The notes beneath the pieces were generated by a model. The model searched no databases and had not been told where the DNA came from. It saw nothing but the letters and a program-made list of their open reading frames with translations. From NCBI GenBank assembly GCA_045600485.1, contig JAZRXX010000055.1, positions 7,293 through 71,292 of the forward strand: DNA of 64,000 nt, given 5' to 3'. How positions within the stretch are numbered: the first letter of the stretch is position 1; each line of letters opens with the position of its first letter. Positions 63,311-64,000 of the stretch are shown here, in pieces. The translations under genes and the position numbers were made by a program. This DNA is from Bacteroidales bacterium (lineage in GTDB: Bacteria; Bacteroidota; Bacteroidia; Bacteroidales; UBA3663).

Positions 63311-64000
63311 ATGAAAAACAATTTGATATTTTGCTTAGCCATGACCGCATCATCGGCCTTGGCTCAGGATCCGGTTATCCAGACTAAGTTTACGGCCGAT
63401 CCGGCTCCAATGGTCTGGAATGATACCTGCTACCTGTACGTAACCCATGATGAGGATTATGCTCGTGGCTACAACTTCGAGATGCAGGACTGGTTGCTCT
63501 ATACTTCGACCGATATGGTCAACTGGAAAGAGTATGGTGCTGTGGCACAAGTCAAGGACTTCAAGTGGCGTAGCCGTGACGTAGGCGCTTGGGCAATGCA
63601 TGTTGTGCCTCGCAACGGAAAGTTCTATATGTACTGTCCGCTGCATGGTCACGGCATCGGTGTATTGGTCGCTGATTCTCCTTATGGTCCATTCAAGGAT
63701 CCTATCGACAAACCTCTTGTCTGGCAGAAGGAACATTGGGATGATATTGATCCGGCTGTATGGATTGACGATGATGGTCAGGCTTACATGTACTGGGGCA
63801 ACCCTCATACCTATTGCGTCAAGTTGAACGAAGACATGATCAGCACTTCGGGCGATATCATGGTACTGGATCCTCGTGATGGTGTGATGCGTCCGGTGGA
63901 TGCTCCTGGCGCTCGCATTGACCTGAAGGCCTACAAGATGGAGGATCGCAAGGATTGGGCTTTCCAGAATTATCAGGAGGGACCTTGGTTCTGGGCACGC
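63311..64000 (+). CDS. GH43 family glycoside hydrolase, 5' part (runs off the window end)
   Basis: I translated it by hand: MKNNLIFCLAMTASSALAQDPVIQTKFTADPAPMVWNDTCYLYVTHDED...DSPYGPFKD...DDIDPAVWIDDDGQAYMYWGN. It is open to position 64000. Confidence 0.85.
   Translation, partial: MKNNLIFCLAMTASSALAQDPVIQTKFTADPAPMVWNDTCYLYVTHDEDYARGYNFEMQDWLLYTSTDMVNWKEYGAVAQVKDFKWRSRDVGAWAMHVVPRNGKFYMYCPLHGHGIGVLVADSPYGPFKDPIDKPLVWQKEHWDDIDPAVWIDDDGQAYMYWGNPHTYCVKLNEDMISTSGDIMVLDPRDGVMRPVDAPGARIDLKAYKMEDRKDWAFQNYQEGPWFWAR

Overview
This 64-kb window is a chromosomal segment of a Bacteroidota genome, probably a Prevotella/Segatella-like Bacteroidales. That assignment is an inference from TAnnTTTG -7 promoter boxes, lipoprotein and T9SS C-terminal sorting signals, and glycoside-hydrolase-rich content. 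I support about 40 protein genes.

Housekeeping genes: RelA/SpoT, rsmE, rplU-rpmA, serS, ffh, aroA, pepT and an NfnAB-like oxidoreductase pair.

Glycan-degradation genes: GH2, GH9, GH28, a GH43-GH8 fusion, two further GH43 genes (one partial) and GH97.

Envelope proteins: a patatin/beta-barrel protein, a TonB-dependent-type barrel and several TPR proteins. There is also a MATE exporter, a membrane-anchored AraC-type regulator, a 1757-aa T9SS-sorted LRR/GLUG/discoidin surface protein and an MNT/HEPN (MntA/HepT-type) toxin-antitoxin pair.

I found no rRNA, tRNA, CRISPR array, transposase or integrase.

The best candidate for an undescribed system is at 1657-6380 on the minus strand. It encodes a TIR-domain protein with a membrane anchor and a periplasmic beta-sandwich, followed by two paralogous secreted coiled-coil proteins, one with a TPR C-terminus. 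The whole spacer between the paralogs is a 10-copy tandem array of an 83-bp hairpin element. Single copies of that element occur elsewhere in the window.

Other unusual points:
- Nearly every intergenic junction is built from short tandem 'word' repeats. Some have exact copies inside coding sequences.
- A 42-bp x ~8.7 repeat array lies between the AraC-type regulator and the giant adhesin locus.
- MITE-like elements bracket a GH28/TonB-type-barrel pair, and hairpin elements bracket the TA pair.

All functional calls come from reading the translated ORFs and motifs. No database search was run.
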